DNA of 64,000 bases from an uncultured Chlamydiae bacterium (GTDB taxonomy: Bacteria > Chlamydiota > Chlamydiia > Chlamydiales > JAJFMA01), in NCBI GenBank assembly GCA_963713615.1, contig CAVQMM010000001.1:3168001-3232000 (forward strand), given 5' to 3'. The notes below the pieces were generated by a model. It did no database searches. It was not told the origin of the DNA and was given only the letters and a program-made list of their open reading frames with translations. This document shows positions 30,296 to 40,680 of the stretch, piece after piece. Numbering within the stretch: position 1 is the stretch's first letter; every line of letters begins with the position of its first letter. The translations under genes were made by a program, and so were the position numbers.

Positions 30296-30393
30296 TAATT
30301 CTTAATCCTCCTCTTTCCCTCTTCGCTTATGCCTGTGTTGTCAAGTCCTACATTTGTTTCAATCACGGCGTGATCTCAGCTTACTCCCATTAT

Positions 30394-30792
30394 TTAATCT
30401 CTTAACTCAACTTCAACTTTAGGGTTTTTAATATCATATTCGGTCCACCAACTTGAATTAGCTCCAAAACCATTGAGAATCACTTCATTTTGAGAACATT
30501 GGATGTCGCATATATCTTCAATGGGTTCAAAAATATCTAATGAAAGCTGCTTCCAATGGTTGAGATGCGGATCGAACTGCCTAAATCTGATGCTGTCCCA
30601 TGAATGAAACAAAAGCCTTACTTTTCCTAATTCTTTGCCTAGATTTTCGCCAGCTTCAATGCGGGCTCCATCAGTTGTTATTTGTAAGAATCGCTTATTT
30701 TCATCAAATTCTATAGCTATGACACAAAAATCAGGAAAAGTTAGTTTTTTCAAATATTCAAATCCAAGCATCATTTGTTTACAATTCCCCAA
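30394..30792 (-). CDS. Putative cognate immunity protein of the Rhs toxin
   Basis: Small AT-rich ORF overlapping the Rhs stop codon. Confidence 0.7.
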   Translation of the reverse strand: MGNCKQMMLGFEYLKKLTFPDFCVIAIEFDENKRFLQITTDGARIEAGENLGKELGKVRLLFHSWDSIRFRQFDPHLNHWKQLSLDIFEPIEDICDIQCSQNEVILNGFGANSSWWTEYDIKNPKVEVELRD

Positions 30793-33700
30793 ATACTATA
30801 TCTTTAATTTGAATATGAGCTTCCAAGGACCTTTTGTCCACAACTTGTAAATTGGAATTTAATGAACGCCCTGACCTATCATAAATATGCAAATGGCTAT
30901 AAGGCGTCGTTTTATCTGCTGGGTGAATTTTTACTCTAAGAGTCCCCTGTTTGTCTAGAAATTTCATAAAGCGTGAATCAGGACTTTTTCCTCCAAGCTT
31001 CAGGCCCACTGCTTCTAGGTCTCTCGTAATTTGTTCATAGCTTAGATTCTCGGCTCCATTTAAATATTGTTTGATCGATGTTCGTGTTAGGGATGGTTTT
31101 ACTGATGCGAAGGCAAGGGTTTCTTCTGCAGCCCGTATTCCCGCTGTAGAGACCGATGAGCTTCCACCTTGTGTGACGAGGGTTTCAGCGCCTGTAGCAG
31201 CAACTTTACTCCGTAGCATCATTCGGGAGCCTAGCTGCAAGACCTTGCCACCTGCATACATCCCGACGCCAGCTGCCATGCGAAAGGGATTAACCCATGT
31301 AGCCAGTCCTGCTACCTCTCCCATGCGCTCTGCGATAAAGCAACGTTGACCATCTTGGCCAAGGCTATTCCACTTATCCGAGATTTTGGAGAAGTCACGA
31401 TTCCAGATCGCACTGCCAAGATGATAGCCATAATTCAAGAAACGACTACCTGTATTGATAGGGTGGGCCATCCCTTGCAAGCAACCCGAACCACCCGCTT
31501 TGCATTCTTCCCACGAAAGTCGATTCGTGGTGTATTCCACAGCCAGTCCCCAAGGGTCATAGAGAATGAGTGGGTTATTCTGCACATAGACATAGAGGTT
31601 CGGTCCATCTGCAAAGCCTATAGGGTCTGGTGTTAGCCAACGACCCAAATGACAATCATAGTCTCGCTTACCAAACTGAATCAATTTGGTGTGTGGGTCC
31701 AGACGCTTACTTGCAAATAGCCACGGATTACCCAAAGGTGAATTAGGTAGCATGGCTAAGGTGGCATTGTAGATTTGTACTTCGCCATATGCCGAATAGC
31801 GATAAAACTCAACGGTTTGGCCTGAAGTGGCCTCCAAAAGGCAACAGACATTCCCACGATGATCATGAAGGGGTGCATAGACATTTCCAGCCAATTCAAC
31901 AGCGATGGCAGCGCCTAGCTCCGCTCCCTTGCCAGTACCAAGCACGCGCAATTGTGTGCACAGGCCGTTTTCGAACGCACCAACCTCTCTTTGGTTCTGA
32001 TAGACAAATGTCGTCGTGGACTCCTCCACCCACCCATCTTTCCAGAGAGAGATGGTTTTTCCTAGGCGCCGGCCAAACGAATCATGAAGATAATTGATTC
32101 TCCAGTGGCCGATCTCCTCAGCAGCAACTAGGCGGTTTAATGCATCATAAGTATAGTTTCTGTCTACACCAGGACCACATTTGCTAATCAAATTCCCATT
32201 GGCATCATAGCCATAGGTCAAATCGGAATCCGAGGTGACCTGATTAAGCCCATTCACCACATAATCTAGCCAGTCTTTCTTCAAGCGGTTCCTGATGGAA
32301 TCGTACGCATAGGTATGCGTGACTGGACCATCTTCTTGAGTGAGTTGATACAAATCGTCGTACTGGTATGTGCAACGTGCTTCGCCTAGTAAATCCGTGG
32401 TGATGAGTTGAATCAGATTTCCCGCTGCGTCAAACCCATCAGTAGGGATCTGCTCAGACCATCGTGGGTGTTTAAGAGCAACCCGCCTTCCTAGGGCATC
32501 CCAAGAAAGGTCGATTTTGCCGGCATTGCCGATCAGCTGCATCTCTCTTGCTTGCCCTTTCAGGTCATATTTCGAGTAGGTGTGCTGGTATAGAAGGGTG
32601 TCCGCTGCATCGTAACGACTGATTGTGACTAAATTGGCGCTGTCATACGTGTAGCGAATAGAGGAGCTATCTGGAAGCGTGATCCGAGTCGGACGTCCTA
32701 GGCCATCATAACTAAATTGCAAGCTGTGGCAATTGGCTAACTTTTCTGTCAGAAGTCGATTCCAGGCGTCATAGGAGCGTAGTGTCGTGGTGCTATTTCG
32801 AAGGTCTGCAACACGTACCACATTTCCATTTGCGTCGTAGCTATATTGATAAGCCACTGTTTGGTCAGATGAGGCCATCTCAATCAAACGTCCGAAAGCG
32901 TCGTAGGAATGCGCTAGAACGGTTCCATCAGGTTTTATGGTCGTCCTTAGGCGTCCTGCTGTATCATATTCAAAGCGCGTGACTTTGGGCGATTCATCAC
33001 CGCCTTGCTCCATGATGGAGAGTGTGCGTCCCATACTATCCAGCAGCCAGTCAATGGCATAATCTGTCTTCAGACCGTTCGGGGTAAGGACCTGCTCTTT
33101 TTGGCGCACTTTGCGGCCATTGGCATCGAACCAAACCTCTTCGTAGGAAGTGCGTTGGCCCTGTGCATTGCGACATTCAGTAGAAACAATGCGTCCAAGA
33201 GGGTCATGCATGTCGATGGTCTGGTTTCCGAGGGGATCGGTTACTGTCTTACAGAGCACTTGTCCATTGGCGTTGCGGATATACGCGTAATGGATGGACG
33301 TTGCATGCCCTAGGGCGTCAATGTGAAGGATTGGCCTACTCTGAGAGTCATAACGCGTTTCTGTAACAGAATGGTTGTTTTCGTCTTCATGTACATACGT
33401 GTGGGTCTTATTGCCGAGAATATCGTATGCATAGCGTTCTTTGCTTAGGATCTTCTGGTTTTGGTCTTCGAGGCGGGTTTCTACGACACGGTTGAGATTA
33501 TCAAATTCCTCAATCTGACAGGTATATTCTATCTCATTGATCCAGTGCTGGGTGACTCTGAGTCTGCCCAAAGCATCATACTCATAGCAGGTCTTACTCA
33601 GTCCGGTAGAGTCTTGCTTAGTTTCTTCAATCTTGCGACCGGCTGCATCATACGCATAGCTTGTGGTATAGCCCATGGCGTCGATAGATTGGATGAGGTT

Positions 33701-35449
33701 TCCTCTTCGATAGATGTTGCGTGTGCTTTGAAGGTGATTGTCAGCATTGTCATAGCTGTCGGTAGCGATCAGGCGCCGTTGGTCATCGTATTGGTAGAGC
33801 GTGCAGAGCCCGGATTTGTCCCATTTGGTAGCTAGGGTTCCATTGAGATTGTATTCAAATCGCTCTTGGCTGCCATCAGGATAAAGCACAAAGGTGGGTT
33901 GGCCTCTCAGGGTATAGGTGGTGCGGGTCGTAAAGTTCATCGGGTCAGTTTCCGCAACGACCTGTCCAAGAAGATTGTATTCCTTTTTTGTCTCCGCTGT
34001 GAATACGTTACCCTCTTTGTTAAGGCAGGGAGGGTGCTTGATGCTGGTTTGTCGACCGAATTCGTCATAGGTATAGGTCGTCGTGTGGCCGTAGGGATCG
34101 ACCATTGCGATCTTGTTGCCAAGAAGATCATAGCTATACTTGGTCACCAGGGTGGGACCATTCTCATGCTTTTCTTCGGTCTGGACCAAACGGTTAGAGA
34201 AGTCATAGGTAAAATGTGTGATGTAGCCACTTCCATGCAGCTGTTCATCGATTTTATTGTTATTTTCATCAAAGGTGCGCGTGATGATGTGACCTAGCGC
34301 ATTCTTTTCCTGAATCACGTTGCCCTTGAGATCATATTCCCATTCCAGGGTATAGCGATGGACCCCATTTGCATCATAATGATCCTGCTTGATGAGGTAT
34401 CCCTGCTTAGAATAGGTATTGAACACATCGCTTAAGGTAAGCTCGATGTTGGTTGCAGGATTATAGTAATGTTCGGCTATCTCGATTGGAAAACCGATAC
34501 TGGGGGCTCTATCGCAAGGGCCATCGCTCAGGATGTAATAGGTAACCTTACGCCCTGTCACATTGGTATAGTCATGACTGGCCAGTCCGCTGCCGTCATC
34601 AATGAGCGTTTTAGTGAGAAAGCCATGACTGTCATATTCGTGAAACTCGCGAGTATGACGGCCATGATGGCCCATTGTGAGCTTGGCAATTAACAGATTT
34701 GTCTTGGGGCGGTAGCGGTAAGAAATGTGCTTGCCATCGGGATGATGCTCTTCGAGGGGTAGATTAAATCCATCTGTTGAGTAGGCATATTCTGTTGTAT
34801 AACATTCCACCGGCCTAGTCTGTGGGGTTGGTAGAGGGGGAGGATTCTGGCGTGGTCGTCTATTATATAAAGCTTCGATTTTCAGTTCGTGGACGGGTCG
34901 TAAGTCTCCATTTCTTGTAAAGTAGTCTGGATCTTTGCCAGTAAAATTGCCAAAAAGCTCCTCTTTGACAATGTTACCACGATTGTCATAGGTGGCCATC
35001 GTGTAGTTGACAAAGGTATTCTGGGGTGTGGCAAGCCCCTTAGCCATCAAGTGGCCTGTTTCTGCTCCATTTTCTCCCCATACAAACTGTTGGCTAGCGT
35101 AGAGAGCTGTCTGACCACCGGTGCCAGTGTACTGCTCAATTGCCGTTACTCTTTTTTGATTGTTGATGCGATGGATGGTTCGGTGTTGCAGGGCATCAAA
35201 AACCTCTGTGGCATCTTGATGATAGATAAATGAGGCCAGTGTGATGGGTGTGGTATCTTTGCCCAAAGGAGCTCTTAAAGCCGTAACTTTCCCATTTGTT
35301 GGGTCATAATCGATATCGAGATAGCGATGCTTGGGTTTATCAATCCTATAGAGCTTACGCCATAGACCGTCTCTACTATCACGCTTATAATGGTAATGAA
35401 AGGACATTTCAGGGGCATGCGAAGGCACGATTTTTGATGCTGTCGGCAC
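30779..35449 (-). CDS. Rhs/YD-repeat polymorphic toxin (core plus C-terminal toxin domain)
   Basis: Many YD..G repeats; GRWLTPDP...NNPLILYDPWGL; about 250-aa C-terminus with an HLH motif. Confidence 0.93.
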   Translation of the reverse strand: MPTASKIVPSHAPEMSFHYHYKRDSRDGLWRKLYRIDKPKHRYLDIDYDPTNGKVTALRAPLGKDTTPITLASFIYHQDATEVFDALQHRTIHRINNQKRVTAIEQYTGTGGQTALYASQQFVWGENGAETGHLMAKGLATPQNTFVNYTMATYDNRGNIVKEELFGNFTGKDPDYFTRNGDLRPVHELKIEALYNRRPRQNPPPLPTPQTRPVECYTTEYAYSTDGFNLPLEEHHPDGKHISYRYRPKTNLLIAKLTMGHHGRHTREFHEYDSHGFLTKTLIDDGSGLASHDYTNVTGRKVTYYILSDGPCDRAPSIGFPIEIAEHYYNPATNIELTLSDVFNTYSKQGYLIKQDHYDANGVHRYTLEWEYDLKGNVIQEKNALGHIITRTFDENNNKIDEQLHGSGYITHFTYDFSNRLVQTEEKHENGPTLVTKYSYDLLGNKIAMVDPYGHTTTYTYDEFGRQTSIKHPPCLNKEGNVFTAETKKEYNLLGQVVAETDPMNFTTRTTYTLRGQPTFVLYPDGSQERFEYNLNGTLATKWDKSGLCTLYQYDDQRRLIATDSYDNADNHLQSTRNIYRRGNLIQSIDAMGYTTSYAYDAAGRKIEETKQDSTGLSKTCYEYDALGRLRVTQHWINEIEYTCQIEEFDNLNRVVETRLEDQNQKILSKERYAYDILGNKTHTYVHEDENNHSVTETRYDSQSRPILHIDALGHATSIHYAYIRNANGQVLCKTVTDPLGNQTIDMHDPLGRIVSTECRNAQGQRTSYEEVWFDANGRKVRQKEQVLTPNGLKTDYAIDWLLDSMGRTLSIMEQGGDESPKVTRFEYDTAGRLRTTIKPDGTVLAHSYDAFGRLIEMASSDQTVAYQYSYDANGNVVRVADLRNSTTTLRSYDAWNRLLTEKLANCHSLQFSYDGLGRPTRITLPDSSSIRYTYDSANLVTISRYDAADTLLYQHTYSKYDLKGQAREMQLIGNAGKIDLSWDALGRRVALKHPRWSEQIPTDGFDAAGNLIQLITTDLLGEARCTYQYDDLYQLTQEDGPVTHTYAYDSIRNRLKKDWLDYVVNGLNQVTSDSDLTYGYDANGNLISKCGPGVDRNYTYDALNRLVAAEEIGHWRINYLHDSFGRRLGKTISLWKDGWVEESTTTFVYQNQREVGAFENGLCTQLRVLGTGKGAELGAAIAVELAGNVYAPLHDHRGNVCCLLEATSGQTVEFYRYSAYGEVQIYNATLAMLPNSPLGNPWLFASKRLDPHTKLIQFGKRDYDCHLGRWLTPDPIGFADGPNLYVYVQNNPLILYDPWGLAVEYTTNRLSWEECKAGGSGCLQGMAHPINTGSRFLNYGYHLGSAIWNRDFSKISDKWNSLGQDGQRCFIAERMGEVAGLATWVNPFRMAAGVGMYAGGKVLQLGSRMMLRSKVAATGAETLVTQGGSSSVSTAGIRAAEETLAFASVKPSLTRTSIKQYLNGAENLSYEQITRDLEAVGLKLGGKSPDSRFMKFLDKQGTLRVKIHPADKTTPYSHLHIYDRSGRSLNSNLQVVDKRSLEAHIQIKDIVFGEL

Positions 35450-35914
35450 CTGTCATGCCCTCGAAGTAATTGCTATAGCCGTGTTGAAAGATCTTTGGAC
35501 CGACCTTGCCATCGATGACACCACCATTTTTAAGAACACCTTCATAGGTGACCACGGAGGCTTCGCGCTCTTCCACTACCCATGCGAGATCACGTTCGCG
35601 ATAGTCGGAAGGCCTGTATACATTCCTAATCTCAAAGGAAGATCGATTCCAAACCCATATCCGCGAGTACTAAAATATCTAAGACCGCTATCATAAAATC
35701 GAGAGCAGCGAAGAGGGGCCGGACCATCCACAACTAAGGAAGAGTCGGTCAGGAAGAAATCGCCTGAGATAAGGTTTACACAATCATAGGCAGATGCCAA
35801 AGGTGCATATTCAGCTCCTAAACGCATTTGAGAAGGAAGCTCATCATTTGCGAAGGCAGAAAGGGAAATCACCAGCCCCAGCAGGGTTTGAAGCAGCAAG
35901 TAGAGAGAACGCAT
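35420..35914 (-). pseudogene. Disrupted N-terminal part of the Rhs gene (signal peptide plus DUF6531-like domain)
   Basis: MRSLYLLL...SAFA, CVNLISGDFF, RFYDS; middle segment reads on in another frame (EEREASVV...HGYSNY...SIKN). Confidence 0.7.
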
Positions 35915-36179
35915 GATTGATAAGCCCCTTAAACTTTTTTGTGAAAAGCTAGGGGATTAGTCTAATTTTTAACAACAATAAATTGTATTTCGTTGAAGAA
36001 TCGGGACAGCTTTGCGCTGACACAACCTGATATCTCTAATTAACTTCTCCAGTATCAAATATTGTCGAAAAGCGGCAATTTCTAATTGGCGCCCACACAA
36101 ATTGACTTCACTTATATTCTCTAATGTGTTATCAATTATTTGATATCAAGGGCTTTGCGAACTTAAAGGACCTCTTCGA

Positions 36180-37103
36180 ATGCCATTAGTTGTATTGCTA
36201 TACACATTGTTTGCCAGCGTTTTTACCATTGCAAAGTGGGGATTGGACTTTACACAACCCTTCTTTTTTGTGGGCTTTCGAATGGTCATAGCAGGGGTCT
36301 TGATGATCGGTTACCTAGCTTTAACATCGCCACAGACGCTACAGATCAAAAGAAAACACATTTGGCGTCTCGCTGGTCTCGCTTTTTTTAACATCTACCT
36401 CACTAATGCTATGGAATTTTGGGGGCTGAAGTACCTTACTTCCTTCAAAACCTGTTTTATCTATAGTCTTTCGCCATTCATGGCAGCTTTTTTTTCCTTT
36501 CTTATTTTTAATGAACGGCTCTCATCTCGGAAATGGCTTGGTCTTGTCATTGGTCTTGTAGGCTTTGGGCCCATTCTTTTTCAGATGAGCGAGACCGAAG
36601 CTACCATGGTTTATGCAGGTGTCTTTAGCTTGCCTGAGATTGCTGTCATCATTGCTGCTATTGCCAGCTCATATGGATGGATACTCATGCGTCAGTTGAT
36701 CAATGAGGATGGCTACCATCCTTTATCATGCAATGGCATCAGCATGCTGTTTGGGGGGATTCTCAGCCTTATCCATTCCGGTTTTGTGGAATCCTGGGAC
36801 CCCGTACCGGTATCTGAATGGATGCCTTTCACAGAATCCACTCTGTTACTGGTGCTCATCTCAAACATCTTGGCTTATAATTTGTACGGAATTCTGTTGC
36901 GCCGATTTACAGCTACATTCCTGTCTTTCGCAGGCTTTATGACACCTTTGATTGCTGCCTTTTTTGGTTGGTTAGTGCTTGGCGAAACGGTAACCCTTGT
37001 CTTTTTCGTTTCAGCTTCGGTTGTCTTTGCCGGCTTATTGGTTTTTTACCAAGAGGAGCTCCGTACCGGTGTACGCCTAGCGAATGCCCCGGCTGAAGCG
37101 TAA
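36180..37103 (+). CDS. DMT/EamA-family transporter
   Basis: About 10 TM helices; PFFFVGFRM, FNERL, LGETV. Confidence 0.88.
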   Translation: MPLVVLLYTLFASVFTIAKWGLDFTQPFFFVGFRMVIAGVLMIGYLALTSPQTLQIKRKHIWRLAGLAFFNIYLTNAMEFWGLKYLTSFKTCFIYSLSPFMAAFFSFLIFNERLSSRKWLGLVIGLVGFGPILFQMSETEATMVYAGVFSLPEIAVIIAAIASSYGWILMRQLINEDGYHPLSCNGISMLFGGILSLIHSGFVESWDPVPVSEWMPFTESTLLLVLISNILAYNLYGILLRRFTATFLSFAGFMTPLIAAFFGWLVLGETVTLVFFVSASVVFAGLLVFYQEELRTGVRLANAPAEA

Positions 37104-37247
37104 CTCCCACCCTCCCTTCATCTCATGCCCGTTTCCATGTGCGTTTAGCTAAACGTGCATGGGGAAGGGAGGGACAATTTTATGACCTTCTCATTTATAC
37201 GTGGTTATGGTAAACGTTTTCCCATAATACAAACCTACTAGAGTCAA

Positions 37248-38324
37248 ATGAGTATGTCATCAGCAAAAGGAGAGTCTTGTCTTCTTTTTGATAGAGATGT
37301 TTTTAATAGTCAGATGCAAAAGGCCGTAGAGGCTCTCTTGCCTCCTTTCCAGCGTATCGTACGGGCTTATGTCGTTTTCAATTTGGTCTTTCTGGCCCTA
37401 GCCACCCTAGAAATCGTTTTCTTTGTCTTTTACATGCGTTGGCTGATGCATTCGTCTACACTAGCATTTAGCTTAGCGGTCATCTTTCTAACCATTTTCT
37501 CCTATTTCATTCTTCGCGTATACCTTCAGGCTAAAAAACCCGTACAGTTTATTGGCCTTCGCGATCGTTTTCTGGCGGCTAGCAAGAGCCTGGTGGGTTA
37601 TCAAGAGGGTATTCCTGAACATCATCTCGCTTTGGCTAATGCTTGCAGTCGATGTGCCTCTGCTCTTCAGAGTCGAGAACATACCTACTATACTCCCCCA
37701 AAGGGTCTTTTATTTTTAGCCCCCTCAATCGAACGTTTTAGCTTTTGGTGGCATTGGGAAGATGTTCTTCGCATGCGAGAGCTCCTACTGCTCAATGCCG
37801 TAGAAGAACATATTCAGGCTGTTAAGTGCGAGCCCACCAACCTAGAGGTTCACACCGCTTTGGCTAATGCCTACGTCATGTTGTCAGGTCTCTATGTAGA
37901 TCATCGCAAAGCCGAAGGTTTCGATGAAGACCGCTGGGCTTTGGCGGGACAACTCGCCGAAGAGCTCGACCAAAAATTTCGAGATGCTGCCGAGAGAGCG
38001 ATTGAGGAATTCAAGATCCTCAATGACTATGCCCCTGATGATCCCTGGATTCACGCACAGTTAGCTTACAGCTATAGAGACCTGCAGATGCCACAAGAAG
38101 AAATTAGGGAGTACGAGATCATTTTGAAGCTGCGGCCCGATGACCGTGACACCCTTTATCGCTTGGGAACTCTCTATTTTCAGCAGGGATTAAATGCGAA
38201 GGGATTGCGGGCTTATGAAGAGCTCAAACGTTCTAACTTCAAACAAGCTGAGAGCCTCATCAACTATTATGGTGCTTATGGACGTGGAAATGACCCTTCG
38301 GTTGCTCCACCCTCAGCGATCTAG
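37248..38324 (+). CDS. Membrane protein with C-terminal TPR-like repeats
   Basis: Two TM segments followed by TPR-like units (APDDPWIHAQLAYSY). Confidence 0.75.
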   Translation: MSMSSAKGESCLLFDRDVFNSQMQKAVEALLPPFQRIVRAYVVFNLVFLALATLEIVFFVFYMRWLMHSSTLAFSLAVIFLTIFSYFILRVYLQAKKPVQFIGLRDRFLAASKSLVGYQEGIPEHHLALANACSRCASALQSREHTYYTPPKGLLFLAPSIERFSFWWHWEDVLRMRELLLLNAVEEHIQAVKCEPTNLEVHTALANAYVMLSGLYVDHRKAEGFDEDRWALAGQLAEELDQKFRDAAERAIEEFKILNDYAPDDPWIHAQLAYSYRDLQMPQEEIREYEIILKLRPDDRDTLYRLGTLYFQQGLNAKGLRAYEELKRSNFKQAESLINYYGAYGRGNDPSVAPPSAI

Positions 38325-38550
38325 AGCTTCCCTCCTGTTTGGCGCAGTCAGGGAATGCATAGTGTTACACACATCTTTTACTTGACTCACAATCGTATCT
38401 TGGCGCGCAGCGCTTTGGAGTGCGTGTCGCTCGCGACCGCTTTGGATTTGGGCGAGCCTATTGAATCGCACACCGTTCTACGGAGGCTGCCCCCCCCAAC
38501 AGTTACCCCTAGAGCGAAAGGTTACGTTTCTTGCAATGCCTAGCTCACCC

Positions 38551-40266
38551 CCTCATTTCCCGTGAAAATTGTAACTAGGTCTGGCCCGGCAACGCAATTT
38601 TTAGACCCTGTAAAATTTCCCTCTGTGGTTTTGTAACCTCGGTGAGGATATGGCCGTACTTACCAGAATACTTTATTTTAGTCAGTGTATCCATTTCTTG
38701 TAGAAGCTCCCGAACCGTGTATCGTTTAATAAGACCAGACTGTCTCATTTCTTTGCGCAGAGCGCTCATGTAAATAAGGGCAATGAATTGCACAAAAAGC
38801 CTGCCATCAACAGTTGCTGAACTATGCATGCGTAAGCGTTTCATATCCAACTGATTTTTCAGGTCATCAAAGCACTTTTCTACCACATCTTTGTCTCGGT
38901 AGATTTGCAAGGACTCCACCGGATCCTTAATACTATTGGTCAACAGCGCTTGGAATCCAGCATAGCGGTTGATGTACTGACTCACAGCTTGATCATTGTA
39001 CGAGACTCGTATGCCTCGCTTGCGGGTGGTCTTTATCACAAAAAATGCGTCGTACGCATCTTGATGCGCGTTAATCAAATCTCCTGATTCCAGTTCCTTC
39101 TTATACCCAACCAATTCTTCAGTAAACTGATCGACGGCGGTGGCTCGTGCATGAGCATTGTAGTAGAGGTGTAGATAGCAGCGACGCTTGTCATCCCCCC
39201 ATGGGTACAGACGAGAGTGAACATATAGGATCTCATTATCAAGCTTTTGGTATCCCTCAGGCCCATGGATCACCCCATAAATGTCATTTATAGCGAGTTG
39301 TACCCACTTGTTCTTCAGAGGGATTGATAGAGTAAATCTGTCCCTGGCAGCAAGCAGGTGATCAACATTTTTTTTGCTGTAGAACCCTTTGTCCATCACG
39401 TAGTGAAGTTTCTTTATCTCCAGAGCTTTGAAGGTCTTCAAGAGGTTGTGTAATGTAGTCACATCGGTGATGTTGCCCGGAGTCCGTTCGAAATACACTG
39501 GCAAACGTCCCTTCTGGCCGAAGAGTATGGCAAGATTCAGCTGTGGTAACTTATCCAGGTCGCGGTTGTGGCCGTATTTGATGTATTCATTGAGCTCAGA
39601 ATATGAGGAAATAGAAGTGATGTCGTAACAGAGATAATCATCCTCTAACACTTTATTCATCCACTTGGTGAAAAAGGTTTGCTTCTTATCGATGCTAATG
39701 GCGCCAAGGATTTCGCTAATCCTCTGGCTGGTTAAGCACTCAACGGAAGGCACATGGTTCTTGCACCATGTCCCGCAATAGCTCAGAGGCCCTCCTTGAA
39801 TGGCAAGATAATAGGCCATTGCCTGAATCTGTTGGTACTCCTGAGGGAAGCAAGACCTCAACAACTGTTTCAGGCCTAACTGCTCGGTAATAGCATCGAG
39901 CACGATCGAAGGTCCCACAACTTCAGCAGATGCAGTGACCGCGGGATCTCGAATGACTGCCTGTTCAGGTTTAAGACGCTTGGAGGGAATGAACTCTCCG
40001 GTGACTGGATCGAGCTTACCCACACACACTTGCTTATTACGAGACTGTTTTTTCTCTTTATCCCAGAATGAGGTGTATTCGTATACGTAGGTAACGCCGG
40101 TAGTCTTGTTTATATGGTTGACTCTGCATGGCATACACTATTTCCTTCCTTAAATCGTTACAATTGTAACGATGAAAAATGAAAAAATCCAGCATAAAAT
40201 GTGCGCAACAGGCTTTTTTTTAGTGAATTACGACAGACCTAGTTACAATTTTCGCGGGAAATGAGG
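38551..40266 (-). mobile_element. Complete IS1634-family insertion sequence (1716 bp)
   Basis: 33-bp TIRs CCTCATTTCCCGYGAAAATTGTAACTAGGTCTG (1 mismatch); 6-bp TSD TCACCC. Confidence 0.92.
38575..40134 (-). CDS. IS1634-family DDE transposase
   Basis: YDITSISSY, GHNRD, GNITD, VMDKGF, YRDKDVVEKCFDDLK. Confidence 0.9.
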   Translation of the reverse strand: MPCRVNHINKTTGVTYVYEYTSFWDKEKKQSRNKQVCVGKLDPVTGEFIPSKRLKPEQAVIRDPAVTASAEVVGPSIVLDAITEQLGLKQLLRSCFPQEYQQIQAMAYYLAIQGGPLSYCGTWCKNHVPSVECLTSQRISEILGAISIDKKQTFFTKWMNKVLEDDYLCYDITSISSYSELNEYIKYGHNRDLDKLPQLNLAILFGQKGRLPVYFERTPGNITDVTTLHNLLKTFKALEIKKLHYVMDKGFYSKKNVDHLLAARDRFTLSIPLKNKWVQLAINDIYGVIHGPEGYQKLDNEILYVHSRLYPWGDDKRRCYLHLYYNAHARATAVDQFTEELVGYKKELESGDLINAHQDAYDAFFVIKTTRKRGIRVSYNDQAVSQYINRYAGFQALLTNSIKDPVESLQIYRDKDVVEKCFDDLKNQLDMKRLRMHSSATVDGRLFVQFIALIYMSALRKEMRQSGLIKRYTVRELLQEMDTLTKIKYSGKYGHILTEVTKPQREILQGLKIALPGQT

Positions 40267-40680
40267 TCACCCAAATCCAAAGCGGTCGCGAGCGACACGC
40301 ACTCCAAAGCGCTGCGCGCCGAGGCACGATTGTGAGGGCTTAGGTCGATGCGTACAGCTTAACGCGTGTTATTTATCTAACCTTTAAATCCTTACGTTCA
40401 TTCGGATAGACGCTATTTCGGATACGTGCTGCTTTCAAGAAAAAGCTGTGTCCAAAAAATGTGCGAAGTCCAGCATGCGATCCAACGAAGAAATTCCACT
40501 AGATGTTGGTCTAACTGCCGTTTTTAGGATCTAGGAAAAAATATATTTGATTTTTTTGACGCCTCGATACATTGTTGGGCCAACTCTATAAAAGATTTTA
40601 GACGATGTCGTCGCGTTACAAACGGCCAAAACGGCTCTCGAGCTAAGGTAGACGCCAAGCAAACAGGGGAAGAGTAACTT

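Larger units (their letters stand above)
38387..40335. repeat. Family A palindrome split by the IS1634 insertion
   Basis: Left part 38387-38550 and right part 40267-40335 reconstitute the 14754-14979 element. Confidence 0.9.

Noticed and set aside
40340..40680. Possible ncRNA in the intergenic region after IS1634
   Set aside because: No recognisable tRNA, tmRNA, SRP or riboswitch motif.
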